Part shown: positions 38,195 to 51,384 of the stretch, in pieces
How positions within the stretch are numbered: position 1 is the stretch's first letter
Layout of the letters: every line of letters begins with the position of its first letter
Assembly: GCF_006345805.1 (NCBI RefSeq)
Contig: NC_043015.1
Span: forward strand, 43,772,001-43,836,000
Length of the DNA stretch: 64,000 nt
Reading direction: 5' to 3'
Source of the DNA: Octopus sinensis
Taxonomy: Eukaryota
Translations under genes and position numbers: made by a program
The notes under the pieces: generated by a model
Told to the model about the DNA's origin: nothing
The model's input: the letters and a program-made list of their open reading frames with translations, nothing else
Database searches by the model: none

Positions 38195-38839
38195 TACTAC
38201 ACAAAAAATATTTTTAAAAAACAAACCCGAAAGACTTTGCGATTTACGAAGAGAAAGCTACTATGAGCCTTCCATAGTAGTTTTCGTTCCATAACTCGCA
38301 AAGCCTTTCGGGATCGTTTATAAAAATATTATTTCTGTAGCATCAAAACAGTTTAAGTATATATCAACTAAATTTCACCGGGTGTGATCAGATTCGCAAG
38401 GAGCCATGAAAGTGTCGATTTGTGAGTTCGATTCTGCCCGAGGTTAGCTCATCAATTTTCAGTCATTTGTTTATATTTAAAAATTGTCTCTTCATATCGG
38501 AGAATAAATATCATTAAGATATATACATGTATTATTTTGCTTCTTCTTGTCATTTGACTGCAGCCATGCTGGAGCACCGCCTTAAAGGGTTCTTTAAGAC
38601 ACATATACATATATACATATACAGTAGCACCTTGGCTTTCGATCAACTCTGATTACCAGTAAATCGTACTCGATTTCCTGTCTGTTCCATATTCATTTAA
38701 TACAGTAGTACTTCGGTTTACGAACGCCCCTGACTCGAATAAATTACGCTTTATATATATTATATATATATATATATGTGTATATAATATATATATATAT
38801 ATTATAATATATATATATATATATATGTGTGTATATATA

Positions 38840-38896
<57 letters not shown>

Positions 38897-39129
38897 TATA
38901 TATTAGTAATGCAGGTCCCACATTATCCTTTTCCAGGTATTTCATCTTTCAGATGTTCTCCCTGGAGGTAAGACAATTTTTTCTAGTTTGTTGCACACAC
39001 GCATTTTTGCTAATACATACGCGGTGAAGCTATACATTAGCGTCGTATTATTACGTTCGCTATTTCCAGTAAATATCGGTACTTCGTTGTGCCATATATT
39101 TACTACTTTGTATATATATATATATATAT

Positions 39130-39343
39130 AGTTAATCCAAACATGAAAACACAAAGAGAAAATACAACAACGCGAGGACGTGGAACAAATATAGTATTAT
39201 TGGACGTTCAGGAAGGAAGGGAAGAAGGAGCGTTTTACGTTTCGAGCGGAGCTCTTCGTCAGAAACATAGGAAAAGGAAAGATCCAGAGAGGGGAAGACA
39301 GAGGAAAAAAATCGCCAACGGTACACACGCGGTCACATTTTGA

Positions 39344-39345
<2 letters not shown>
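39130..39345 (-). mobile_element. Penelope-like pLTR remnant embedded in (TA)n
   Basis: About 215-bp island flanked on both sides by (TA)n, containing the hammerhead at 39232-39266. Confidence 0.6.
39232..39266 (-). ncRNA. Minimal type I hammerhead ribozyme, 35 nt
   Basis: gttt-CTGACGA-a-gagc tcc gctc-GAAAC-GTA-aaac; helix III is only the palindrome ACGU. Confidence 0.75.
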
Positions 39346-39390
<45 letters not shown>

Positions 39391-40034
39391 ACACACACAC
39401 ACATTATTACAGGCTTTGAGTTTCCGAAAGAGAGGCGGAGGGAGAGATTGTGTCCGTGGAAGAGTGAGCGAGAAGCAGAGTGAGAGAGAGCGAAAAGCGC
39501 CACTGTTTTGAACATTGTAAATGTTTTCCTTTGCCAATAGAAACCAGGTTATTTTTATTATTAGTTTATGCCAGATACGCTAAACAGATAATATTCACTT
39601 AATAAAGAGGAAGACCGTAGCTAATTTATTACGTTCTCCTCTGTTGTTATCGGGATTTATATCTCTGCAAAGTTCTACATATTTAAATAAGGCTTGCATC
39701 ACACGAACCAACTGATCTCTTGCAACCAATATCTACGGCACTGAGGGCGAACTCAGTAAACTGTAAAAGCAAAGATTATTAATCGATGAAAGCTCTATTG
39801 AAGTTATAGTTCCAAGGTGACAAAATCAATCACACGCAGTTGCTACTTCTAAAAGAATCACTCAACAGAGAAGATCGAAGTCTAATAACATGTGATATTT
39901 CAATATAAATGTAATATTTAGCATGCTTTGATGAAACGTTTGGCAACTTACCAAAGAGCTGCATTAAATGACAATATCACAACAAAAAGAACAAAATAAA
40001 GATTTAATTAGATTAAGCATTAATAGAACAAATA

Positions 40035-40200
40035 TAGGCGCTGGAGTGGCTGTGTGGTAAGTAGCTAGCTTACCAACCACATGGTTCCGGGTTCAGTTCC
40101 GGTGATGGCACCTTGGGCATGTGTCTTCGTCTTCTACTATAGCCTCGGGCTGACCAAAGCCTTGTGAGTGTATTTGGTTGACGGAAACTGAAAGAAGACC

Positions 40201-40240
<40 letters not shown>

Positions 40241-40480
40241 TACATATATATGTATATATTTATATATGCATATATGTTTGTGTCTGTGTTTGTCCCCCGA
40301 CATCGCTTGACAACCTACGCTGGTTTTGTTTGCGTCTCAGTAACTTAGCGGTTTGGCAAAAGAGATCGATAGATAAGTGTTAGGCTTACAGAGAATAAGT
40401 CCTGGGGCCTATTTGCTTGACTCAAGGCGGTGCTCCAGCATGGCTGCAGTCAAATGACTAATGTAAGTGGAAGAATAAAT
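40035..40480 (+). mobile_element. SINE family A
   Basis: Head and tail match the A consensus. Confidence 0.85.
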
Positions 40481-40518
40481 TTAAAGATGTATATATATAT
40501 GTGTGTGTGTGTGTGTGT

Positions 40519-40830
40519 GAGTCCGGTTCACAATCACGAGGAGTCAGTTCGATTCCCGGACCGGGCTGTACGCCTTTTCCTGAACAAGACACTTTACTTC
40601 ACGTTGCTCCAGTTCACTCAGCTGTAGAAATGAGCTGCAACGTCACTGGTGCCAATCTGTATCGGCCCCCTTTGCCTTTTCCTTGGATAACATCGGTGGC
40701 GTGGAGAGAGGAGGCTGGTATGCATGGGTGACTGCACGTCTTCCACAAACAACCTTGCCCGGATTTGTGTCTCAGAGGGTGAAATTTTGTAGGTGCAGCC
40801 CTATGGTCATTCATGATCGAAGGGGATCTT
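40519..40830 (+). mobile_element. SINE, C-like head with F-type tail
   Basis: ttcgattcccggacc B-box-like motif, ttcacgttgctccagttcactcagctg domain, tail ggtcattcatgatcgaagggg. Confidence 0.7.
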
Positions 40831-40953
40831 GAATTTTGCTTCAGTGTTCAACCTCACTGCGTGGCATCTTGGGCAACTGTCTTGTACTATAGCCTCGAGC
40901 CGACCAAAGACTCGTGAGTGGATACGGTAGACGTTAACTGAAAGAAGCCCGTC

Positions 40954-40988
<35 letters not shown>

Positions 40989-41279
40989 ATATTGTACGTT
41001 TATATATTTATTGTGCAAGATTTTTTATGTGAAGTCGTGTGTTGAAACAAATATTGTTATATTTCGGAAAGAACTCTGGCCGAAATAAGATTAAGATTAA
41101 TGTAAAAAATAAATATCACTGAAGCAAAATAACATCAAATATATAGTGCGTGTGTTTTTTATTGGCTAACTGGCAAAATGACCATTCCGAAATATAACAA
41201 TATATATATATAATATATATATACTATATTATATATATTATATATATATATATATAATATATATATAATATATCTATAT

Positions 41280-41310
<31 letters not shown>

Positions 41311-41429
41311 ACGATTTAGGAGTGACCCCAACAGGTCACTCGTCCACCAGAAAGAGCAGCATAACTCACACCGCCAAGTATTAGTAATTCAGAAATTAGG
41401 TGAAAATTTAAAAACATTACCCTAATTCA

Positions 41430-41529
41430 TCTTTTAGACGTTGCAACGTTTCTGTGTCATTAATGATTAAATTAGCTTAATTAAATTAAATTAATCTAAC
41501 TACATAGGTTACACTTCATCAGTAAAAGA
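41430..41529 (-). ncRNA. Type I hammerhead ribozyme, unit 1
   Basis: tctttta-CTGATGA-a gtgt...acac a-GAA-ACGTTGCAACGT-C-taaaaga; 7-bp stem I, 12-nt palindromic helix III, GUC site (cut 41437/41436). Confidence 0.8.
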
Positions 41530-41905
41530 CCTGGGAGAGACAAATATACACGAGGCGTCTGTATCGATGCCTACGGGATATCTGACTTAAAATTTTCAAG
41601 ACTGACGTATTCGCGCCAAACTTATCAACAGTAAATATAAACTGCCGATTCAATCTCAGAATTATTCAGAAAATTATCAATTAGTCAATTAGGGTAGCAA
41701 AAAAATTCAATAGAAATTTATCGCAACCACGGCCTGGTGAAAAAGAGAAAATAGTCATCGACTAAATATATAAATATAACGATTTAGGAGTGACCCCAAC
41801 AGGTCACTCGTCCACCAGAAAGAGCAGCCATAACTCACACCGCCAAGTATTAGAATTCAGAAATTAGGTGAAAATTTAAAAACATTACCTAATTTTTCCA
41901 ATTCA

Positions 41906-42006
41906 TCTTTTAGACGTTGCAACGTTTCTGTGTCATTAATGATTAAATTAGCTTAATTAAATTAAATTAGCCAATCTACCATAGGTTACACTTCATCAGT
42001 AAAAGA
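41906..42006 (-). ncRNA. Type I hammerhead ribozyme, unit 2
   Basis: Same core and stems as unit 1; GUC site at 41913. Confidence 0.8.
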
Positions 42007-42374
42007 CCTGGGAGAGACAAATATACACGAGGCGTCTGTATCGATGCCTACGGATATCTGACTTAAAATTTTCAAGACTGACGTATTCGCGCCAAACTTA
42101 TCAACAGTAAATATAAACTGCCGATTCAATCTCAGAATTATTCAGAAAATTATCAATAGTCAATTTAGGGTAGCAAAAAAATTCAATAGAAATTTATCGC
42201 AACCAGCGGCCTGGTGAAAAATAGAAAATAGTCATCGACTAATATATAAATATAACGATTTAGGAGTGACCCCAACAGGTCACTCGTCCACCAGAAAGAG
42301 CAGCCATAACTCACACCGCCAAGTATTAGTAATTCAGAAATTAGGTAAAATTTAAAAACATTTACCCTAATTCA

Positions 42375-42474
42375 TCTTTTAGACGTTGCAACGTTTCTGT
42401 GTCATAATGATTAAATTAGCTTAATTAAATTAAATTAAGCCAATCTACCATAGGTTACACTTCATCATAAAAGA
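42375..42474 (-). ncRNA. Hammerhead, unit 3, C3 deleted
   Basis: The + strand reads ttcatca-taaaaga instead of ttcatcag-taaaaga. Confidence 0.55.
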
Positions 42475-42608
42475 CGGGAGAGACAAATATACACGAGGCG
42501 TCTGTATCGATGCCTACGGGATATCTTACTTAAAATTTTCAAGACTGACGTATTCGCGCCATATTATATACATATTATATATATATACATATATATATAT
42601 ATAATATT

Positions 42609-42642
<34 letters not shown>

Positions 42643-43028
42643 ATCAATATATATATATATATAATCAATATATATATACACACACATAATATAATACTCA
42701 AATATATAAAAACATTACACTCATTATCATATTAGTAGATACTATAAAATTTCCCAGCCGATATTGATTTAAACATTCCTTATATCATTATTGATATCAT
42801 AATTGCAATCGTTTTCGACACCTTACCTCTCTTATCAAAGAAACTACCTGTTCTTTTGTCAATGTAATCAGTGAAATGTGTGTCAATAGTTATTACATCA
42901 ATAAATGCATTAAGAACGTGGTTCCGAATTAGTTATCTTACTAATAATTTGTCGAATTGTTACAGTCGTTGGAGTGTCGGTTAGTACACGTATAGCTTTG
43001 CGGTATTTTGTTTTCCGCTTTCGATAAG

Positions 43029-43245
43029 AAGGTGAGCTGGTAAAACCGTTAGAACACCCGACAAAATGCTTAGCGACATTTAGTCTGGCTTTTCGTTTCG
43101 AGTTCAAATTCCGGTGAGGTCGACTTTGACTTCCCCTTTTTCGGCGTCGGTAAAATAAGTACTAGTGAAGTACTGAGATCGTTTAATAGATTTCTCCACC
43201 CCACCCTAAAAAATTTCGAGCCCTGTTCCAAAATTTAAAATGATA
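43029..43245 (+). mobile_element. Family B SINE, diverged
   Basis: ggtgagctgg...cgttag...gagttcaaattccggtgaggtcgacttt...taagtac. Confidence 0.7.
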
Positions 43246-43334
43246 TTTTACGCATGTCTAACGTCTGATCGGGGATAGAGATTATATAATCGCGCGAGGA
43301 ATTATGATAGATATCGATGGGAAATTATGGAGTA

Positions 43335-43740
43335 CATCAAACAAATTCCTTTGATAGAACAATGGGATCTAGTGACACAGCAAACGTCACGGGTCTAGTT
43401 GGAATAGACACCCTACCTCAAATCGAATACTGGTTTCCTAAGAGGGAGATCTTTGAAGGGACGGCGCTCTCTTGATACTAGATCAATGTAGTAAACTAGA
43501 AAAGCAGAAACATAGAAACCTTCCAAATTCTTCAAAAACTTTGCATTGCCTATTCCTATGGAAAACAATTACCACAAGGTAAATTTTCTAGATGCAGCTT
43601 TTAGTTTGGATATGACATTATTTGAACCATTCCACAAGCCAAATGAGATTGTTGAACTCTGATATGGGTTCACTACCAGCCTAGGTCTCCTTTCATAGAT
43701 TTTGCGAATCCATTAGCGAGCACCGAAATATTTCAGCTGA
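43335..43740 (+). pseudogene. Penelope-like element reverse transcriptase fragment (Naiad-like signature)
   Basis: FDRTMGSSDTANVTGLVGI (cf. FDVTMGSxDGAEVCELVG), RDGALLI (cf. YRDDGL), KFFKNFALPIPMENNYHKVNFLDAAFSL...FEPFHKPN (cf. VNFLDVTL...YxPYRKPN), with frameshifts. Confidence 0.75.
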
Positions 43741-44045
43741 TTATTTTCAAGGCCAGTTAGTAACCCCTGCACGCAAATACTAATATGAGTCTAAATTTCC
43801 AATCACTATGGTAACTTTTCGCCCTGCTTTCAATAAATGATCACAACCGTTTAGTTTTAGGATCTCTTTAAGCAACCAGACAGTCCTCACATCAAAAGTT
43901 TGTGTCATTCTGCATCCTATTAGAGATTCGTTGCTTTAATCACAAGGGTGAGGATTGTCTTTGAGGTGGTTGAATTATTCCGTTAAATGCTCCGATAATT
44001 GCTACGATAGATGTTTATTTATTGTTATCAGACCTAGTGGTGGAA

Positions 44046-44425
44046 GTACTCCGTCGGTTACGACGACGAGGGTTCCGGGTTGATCCGAATCAACGGAACA
44101 GCCTGCTCGTGAAATTAACGTGTAAGTGGCTGAGCACTCCACAACACGTGCACCCTTAACGTAGTTCTCGGGGATATTCAGCGTGAAACAGAAGATGACA
44201 AGGCCGGCCCTTTGAAATACAGGTACAACAGAAACAGAAGTAAGAGTGAGAGAAAAGTTGTGGTGAAAGAGTTCAGCAGGGATCACCACCATCCCCTGCC
44301 GGAGCCTCGTGGAGCTTTTCGGTATTTTTCGCTCTAAACACTCACAACGCCCGGTCTGGGAATCGAAACCGCGATCCTATGACCGCGAGTCCGCTGCCCT
44401 AACCACTGGGCCTTTGCGCCTCCAC
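44046..44425 (-). mobile_element. SINE family D, full length
   Basis: Matches 27854-28235 along its length. Confidence 0.85.
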
Positions 44426-45159
44426 ATCAGACCTAGTATCCATTGAATAACAACATTGCAATTATGGAACAGACCTCTAGAATGGCTGTGCATCGGTTTT
44501 CTGGTCTAGCTTTTTGTTTAAATAGCAACACGTCTCTAAAAGAACGAAATGTGTCTCAAGAGTAATTGTGAACTAGATTTTGATGCATAGCAACTTTCCA
44601 ACAAAATAGAAAACGGAACCGTAGAGAAGTTGTTACCTGCTTTTTTGCCCTAGTTTTCTATAAATACCCATACTCTTATAAAATTAAGAAATAGACCTCT
44701 AGAGTTGTTCTCTAGCTTTCTCTCCACTTTCCTACACAGTTAAGAAAAATGTCGGTATCAGAATGGTCATTAATTCAGGGAATGTGCAACAGATTGTCTC
44801 TTATTAACCAAAGCCTGTTGCTCGCATGGAGGAAAATCTAGAGACTAGCTGCTCCGAGAAACAAGTTTATCACGCATTTACAATTGCGATTCATGTGCCT
44901 TCCGTCATCTAACCATATTGTTACACGATTCCTCAGAATTACTGACGTACGAAGGAGCACATTCTCAGGAGACAGCGTACATTAAAGTATTAGTCTGCTA
45001 GTTGTCAAATTTTCTTTCATTTTTGCGCGTTCGCCATACTGTTTTGCAAAAAAGAATAAACCGAAAAAATAAACAAAACTTGATGTGACATTGAAATAAA
45101 CAACTTACATTTGAACAAACGGAGAAAATCAATTAGTTTGCTCAACCAAACGGGTATGA

Positions 45160-47398
45160 TATCCATCCATCCATCCATCCATCCATCCATCCATCCATCC
45201 ATCCATACATACATACATACATAATCCATCCATCCATCCATCCATACATACATAAATACATACATACATAAATCCATCCATCCATCCATCCATCCATCCA
45301 TCCATCCATCCATCCATCCATCCATCCATCCACCATCCATCCGTCCATACATACATACATACATACATACATACATACATACATAAATCCATCCACCCAT
45401 CCATCCATCCATCCGTCCATACATACATACATACATACATACATACATACATACATACATAAATCCATCCATCCATCCATCCATCCATCCATCAATCCAT
45501 CAATCCATACATACATACATAAATCCATCCATCCATCCATCCATCCATCCATCCATCCATCAATCCATCCATCAATCCATACATACATACATACATACAT
45601 ACATAAATCCATCCACCCATCCATCCATCCATCCGTCCATACATACATACATACATACATACATACATAAATCCATCCACCCATCCATCCATCCATCCAT
45701 CCATCCATCCATACATACATAACATACATACATAAAGCCATCCATCCATCCATCCATCCATCAATCCATACATACATCATACATACATAAATCCATCCAC
45801 CCATCCATCCATCCATCCGTCCATACATACATACATACAATACATACATACATAAATCCATCCATCCATCCATCCATCCATCCATCCATCCATCAATCCA
45901 TCAATCCATACATACATACATAAAGCCATCCATCCATCCATCCATCCATCCATCCATCCATCCATCCATCCATCCATCCATCCATCAATCCATCAATCCA
46001 TACATACATACATACATAAAGCCATCCATCCATCCATCCATCCATCCATCCATCCATCCATCCATCCATCAATCCATCAATCCATACATACATACATAAA
46101 TCCATCCATCCATCCATCAATCCATCAATCCATACATACATACATAAAGCCATCCATCCATCCATCCATCCATCCATCCATCCATCAATCAATCCATCAA
46201 TCCATACATACATACATAAATCCATCCATCCATCCATCCATCCATCAATCCATCAATCCATACATACATACATAAAGCCATCCATCCATCCATCCATCCA
46301 TCCATCCATCAATCCATCAATCCATACATACATAAATCCATCCATCCATCCATCCATCCATCCATCCATCCATCCATCAATCCATCAATCCATACATACA
46401 TACATAAAGCCATCCATCCATCCATCCATCCATCCATCCATCCATCAATCCATCAATCCATCAATCCATACATACATACATAAAGCCATCCATCCATCCA
46501 TCCATCCATCCATCCATCCATCCATCCATCCATCCAATCCATCAATCCATCCATACATACATAAAGCCATCCATCCATCCATCCATCCATCCATCCATCG
46601 ATCCATCGATCCATCGATCCATACATACATACATAAAGCCATCCATCCATCCATCCATCAATCCATCAATCCATACATACATACATAAAGCCATCCATCC
46701 ATCCATCCATCCATCCATCCATCCATCCATCCATCAATCCATACATACATACATAAAGCCATCCATCCATCCATACATACATAAAGCCATCCATCCATCC
46801 ATCCATCCATCCATCCATCCATCCATCCATCCCTCTATCCATCAATCCATCAATCCATACATACATACATAAAGCCATCCATCCATCCATCCATCCATCC
46901 ATCGATCCATCAATCCATACATACATACATAAAGCCATCCATCCATCCATCCATCCATCCATCCAATCCATCAATCCATACATACATACATAAAGCCATC
47001 CATCCATCCATCCATCCATCCATCCATCCATCAATCCATACATACATACATAAAGCCATCCATCCATCCATCCATCCATCCATCCATCCATCCATCCATC
47101 AATCCATCAATCCATACATACATACATACATACATACATAAAGCCATCCATCCATCCATCCATCCATCAATCCATACATACATACATACATACATACATA
47201 AAGCCATCCATCCATCCATCCATCCATCCATCCATCCATCAATCCATCAATCCATACATACATACATACATACATACATACATAAAGCCATCCATCCATC
47301 CATCCATCCATCCATCAATCCATACATACATACATACATACATAAAGCCATCCATCCATCCATCCATCCATCAATCCATACATACATACATACAAACA
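45160..47398. repeat. 2.2-kb compound (CATC)n/(CATA)n satellite with higher-order units
   Basis: Recurrent cassette (cata)n-aa(t/gc)-(catc)m-(aatc catc)k. Confidence 0.95.
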
Positions 47399-47634
47399 TA
47401 CTCAGTTGATGTTGAAATTCCAATGAAGGAGCTTTGGATCTAGGTTAGAAACCGGCTCTTGCTATATTGGCAAGAAACCTTGAAATATAACTGAATACTC
47501 ACACAAACATACAGACACACAGACATACACATACATACGAACACACAGTGACGCGCACATATATATGTATGTATGTATATATTGTGTTTGAATGTGTGTG
47601 AGTGTGTGTGTATATGTATGTGTATGTGTGTGTG

Positions 47635-47672
<38 letters not shown>

Positions 47673-47888
47673 GCACGTAGCTTTGTGATTACAGAATAGG
47701 AATTTTGATCATAAGATTGCGGTTTCGATTCCAGGACCGCGCGAGGCTTATTGTTTCTAGAGCAACACGCATTATTTTACCTTCCTCCAGGCCTCTTAGC
47801 TGGCTGGCTTCCTGCCAAGGTGCATTATTGGCAACGCATACGACACAGAATTGGATAATGGAACAGAGAGCTGGGATAGAAACAAAGT

Positions 47889-47920
<32 letters not shown>

Positions 47921-48171
47921 AGGCGAGAGTGAATTTTCGAAGTCACTGTCAGTCCTCGTAAAAGTTCAATAAATATGTACTTTAATGAAGCGTACTATTT
48001 GTTCATTTTCATGTAAAATTTTTGCTATATTAAATTTACTACTGAATAAAAACAAGCATTAATATTCACAAATACATACGTACACACACATACATATATA
48101 TATATTTACACACACACATATATACATATGTATATATACATATATACGTACATATACCTATATATATGTAT

Positions 48172-48216
<45 letters not shown>

Positions 48217-48219
48217 TTT

Positions 48220-48250
<31 letters not shown>

Positions 48251-49142
48251 CATATGTAAATACATGTATATGTGTCTAGGTAGGTGTGTCTCGGAATTTA
48301 TATGTATGATTTATGAAACTGAAATTAATACGTGCGAATAATTCCATAGAAGTTCAATGATATATTTAGCACCGTTATTTCGCAGACTAATTGCATAGGT
48401 CCCCAAAACAGACAGATTATTATCATCAACTGAGAAAGTACATCACGTATGAAGAATATATATTTCCTAACGTTCTTTCTCCCCGAATCAAAAATATATA
48501 AATAAATATATAAATAAATAAATAAATATTAACCCAAAAAGGTCAAAAATTACCAAGAATGGAACACGTTGTAACATTATCAATGACAAAAATAAGAACT
48601 TCTATAAAGCTTATCATTATATTAGCTGAATCAGTTTACGTGGTTAATTTTTTTTGGCTTCTAATCTCAACGAAGTAATTGCAACGAAGTCGTAAATATT
48701 ACACAGAGACAAGTGTATTTCTATCGAATTTTGAACGTAATTATTTTGTTGTACGTTCGTAAATCAATTACAGTGTATAGATTGCAGAAATTGATTATCA
48801 AAAAATTATATATATTAGAATTTTGACAATATCTTTTGAAGCTAAAAAGTGTGAGCGTTTATAATTTAATTTCTGGATTACGAAAGTTTGGAAGGCATTA
48901 ACGTTACTGTTATATTTACTTTTTATGAGACAGCCGAAAATGGCGACTAAAACAAAAAACGAAAGGAAAAATTGCCAAAACTTTTGGTTACATTATAATC
49001 CGAAAATTCTTTACAGGATTACTATATGTGTTTATTTGTCTTTATTTTGCAGCAGGCCAATCGAGATTAATTACAAATTAATCTCTAATCGTAAGCGTTC
49101 CATTTATGACCCTCATATCTTAAGCGTATATATAATATATAT

Positions 49143-49565
49143 TACTCTTTTTCTTTTTTCTACTCTTTTTACTTGTTTCAGTCATTTGACTGCGGCCATG
49201 CTGGAGCACCGCCTTTAGTCGAGCAAATCGACTCCGGGACTTATTCTTTGTAAGCCCAGTACTTATTCTATCGGTCTCTTTTGCCGAACCGCTAAGTGAC
49301 GGGGAACGTAAACACACCAGCATCGGTTGTCAAGCAATGCTAGGGGAACAAACACAGACACACAAACATATTCACACACACTTATATATATATACATATA
49401 TACGACAGGCTTCTTTTAGTTTCCGTCTACCAAATCCACTCACAAGGCATTGGTCGGCCCGGGGCTATAGCAGAAGACACTTGCCCAAGATGCCACGCAG
49501 TGGGACTGAACCCGGAACCATGTGGTTGGTTAGCAAGCTACTTACCAAACAGCCACTCCTGCGCC

Positions 49566-49567
<2 letters not shown>
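49143..49567 (-). mobile_element. SINE family A, full length
   Basis: Near-identical to 31073-31502. Confidence 0.85.
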
Positions 49568-49640
<73 letters not shown>

Positions 49641-50066
49641 ACACAGACATGTATATAATATATTAAAGAAAAGAAGAAGAAGACAAAGAACATTATTTAA
49701 CACATCTTTAATCAATAGTTACAAATGTTTCTGTACTATCTCCTTTTCTAAAGCCAGTTTACGCGAAAATTCTAAATGAAAAATCAAGTCCCATTTGCGG
49801 TTTTAGACATCGGAAAGGCACTTCTTCAGACTTTTGTTTCCATAAAAAAAGCAAAACTTATTTCTTGTGTTATATACATACATACATACACACCCACACA
49901 CGCACTCAAACCACACATACACACATATATACACACACACACATACACAAACCTACATACGTACGTACGTACATATATACATGCACGCACATACTCTCAC
50001 CTATTTTTCTTCTTACCACCAACTAAATCTCTTTTGCAGTAATTGATTGAACCATTAAATGGTATC

Positions 50067-50136
50067 TATTTACGACTAAGCAGACTGAGTTAAACAGGTT
50101 ATTTACGACTAAGCAGACTAAGTTAAACAGGTTATT
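50067..50136. repeat. 33-bp tandem duplication
   Basis: tatttacgactaagcagact(g/a)agttaaacaggt x2. Confidence 0.9.
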
Positions 50137-50763
50137 TGAAAGCAGGAATATAATGCAGACTGGTTGACTTGATAGTAACAGCAGAATTTTCATCTGATTG
50201 TTCACCCGGCAGCGTTTAAGCCGGCTGCGTCATACGCACGGTTTCCAGAATTTTCTGTTAACAACAAAAATTTTCTTGTTATTTTTACTGGAACTTTAGT
50301 TTTCGATGTAAAGATTTTTACTGAAACTTTTGTTAAATAATTAACCTACGACTTAGTCATTACTTCTCTTACATGTGTTGTGTACAGGAAATTAACATAT
50401 GTCTGTAGACGTTAGAATTTAATTTAAAATCTTGAAAAAATACGTGATCTATCATTGGAAATCACTGAACATTAATTAAGCAAAAATTAGTTAAAATGTC
50501 TGATGAAAGTTAAAGAAAAGTTTATCAGATTTTTTGTTGTGACTTACGAGATCTTTGTTTCTATTTCAAAAGAGAAATTTCGTTGTCGTTGTCGCTTGGT
50601 CCAAGGCCGACTTGGATCGAATAAGGCTTTGATAAAGAGGGCGCCATTCTCAACCGTTCCGTCGTTTGTCGGACAATGCTTCAAGATCTATAACACCAAA
50701 TGTATATTATATTAGCTACGGTTCCGGTAATGTACTTCTTTGGAAGAAGTACTTGACAATCTA

Positions 50764-50997
50764 GTGGAGGCGCGTGGCTTAGTGGTCAGGGTGTCAGCAT
50801 CATGATCGTAAGATTGTGGTTTCGATTCCAGGACCGGGCGACGTGTTGTGTTCTTGAGGAAAAAAACTTCATTTCACGTTGCTCCAGTCCACTGAGAAGG
50901 CAAAAATGAGTAACGCTGCGATGGACTGGCGTCCCCTCCAGTTGGGGACACATACGCCATTGAAACCGGGAAACCGGGCCCATGAACCTAGCTAGAC
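50764..50997 (+). mobile_element. SINE family C, full length
   Basis: gtggaggcgcgtggcttagtggtcagggtg (A box) ... ggtttcgattcc (B box); followed by (CTA)n. Confidence 0.85.
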
Positions 50998-51010
50998 CTA
51001 CTACTACTAC

Positions 51011-51041
<31 letters not shown>

Positions 51042-51048
51042 GCTACTA

Positions 51049-51263
51049 CAAGTAAAGCAATTGCTAGCTATACTCAGAGACATGTAGCAGTTTTTCAAGA
51101 CATTTTTTAGGGTTAGTACTTCTTTGTTTAATTTTGTGTATATGTGCTTTTATTTTTATTGTTTCCTAAATAAGATTTCAAAATGGGTTTCTAGCTGTAG
51201 TTTCTATCCATTTTGTAGAGAAGACAAATGTGTCAGTTTGCAAAATTTCATTATTCCTCATTT
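51049..51263 (+). repeat. ~215-bp direct repeat, copy 1
   Basis: caagtaaagcaattgctagctatactcagagacatg...tttcattattcctcattt recurs at 54104-54320. Confidence 0.9.
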
Positions 51264-51384
51264 ATTTTTATATTTTACTTGAGAATCTAAAACAAAGAAA
51301 TTAGATACCATAAGCTATGAGGTAAAATACTTCAAAGATTATCTCAATGAATCGTCATGGGGTCGTTTTCGAGATGTTTTTCAC

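Larger units (their letters stand above)
41311..42561 (-). mobile_element. Head-to-tail array (2.6 units of ~470 bp) with one hammerhead per unit; retrozyme-like or Penelope pLTR multimer
   Basis: acgatttaggagtgaccccaacagg at 41311, 41779 and 42255; (TA)n on both flanks; no ORF. Confidence 0.9.

Noticed and set aside
45017-47311. Many MDGW/MYVC repeat ORFs
   Set aside because: Artefacts of stop-free tetranucleotide repeats.
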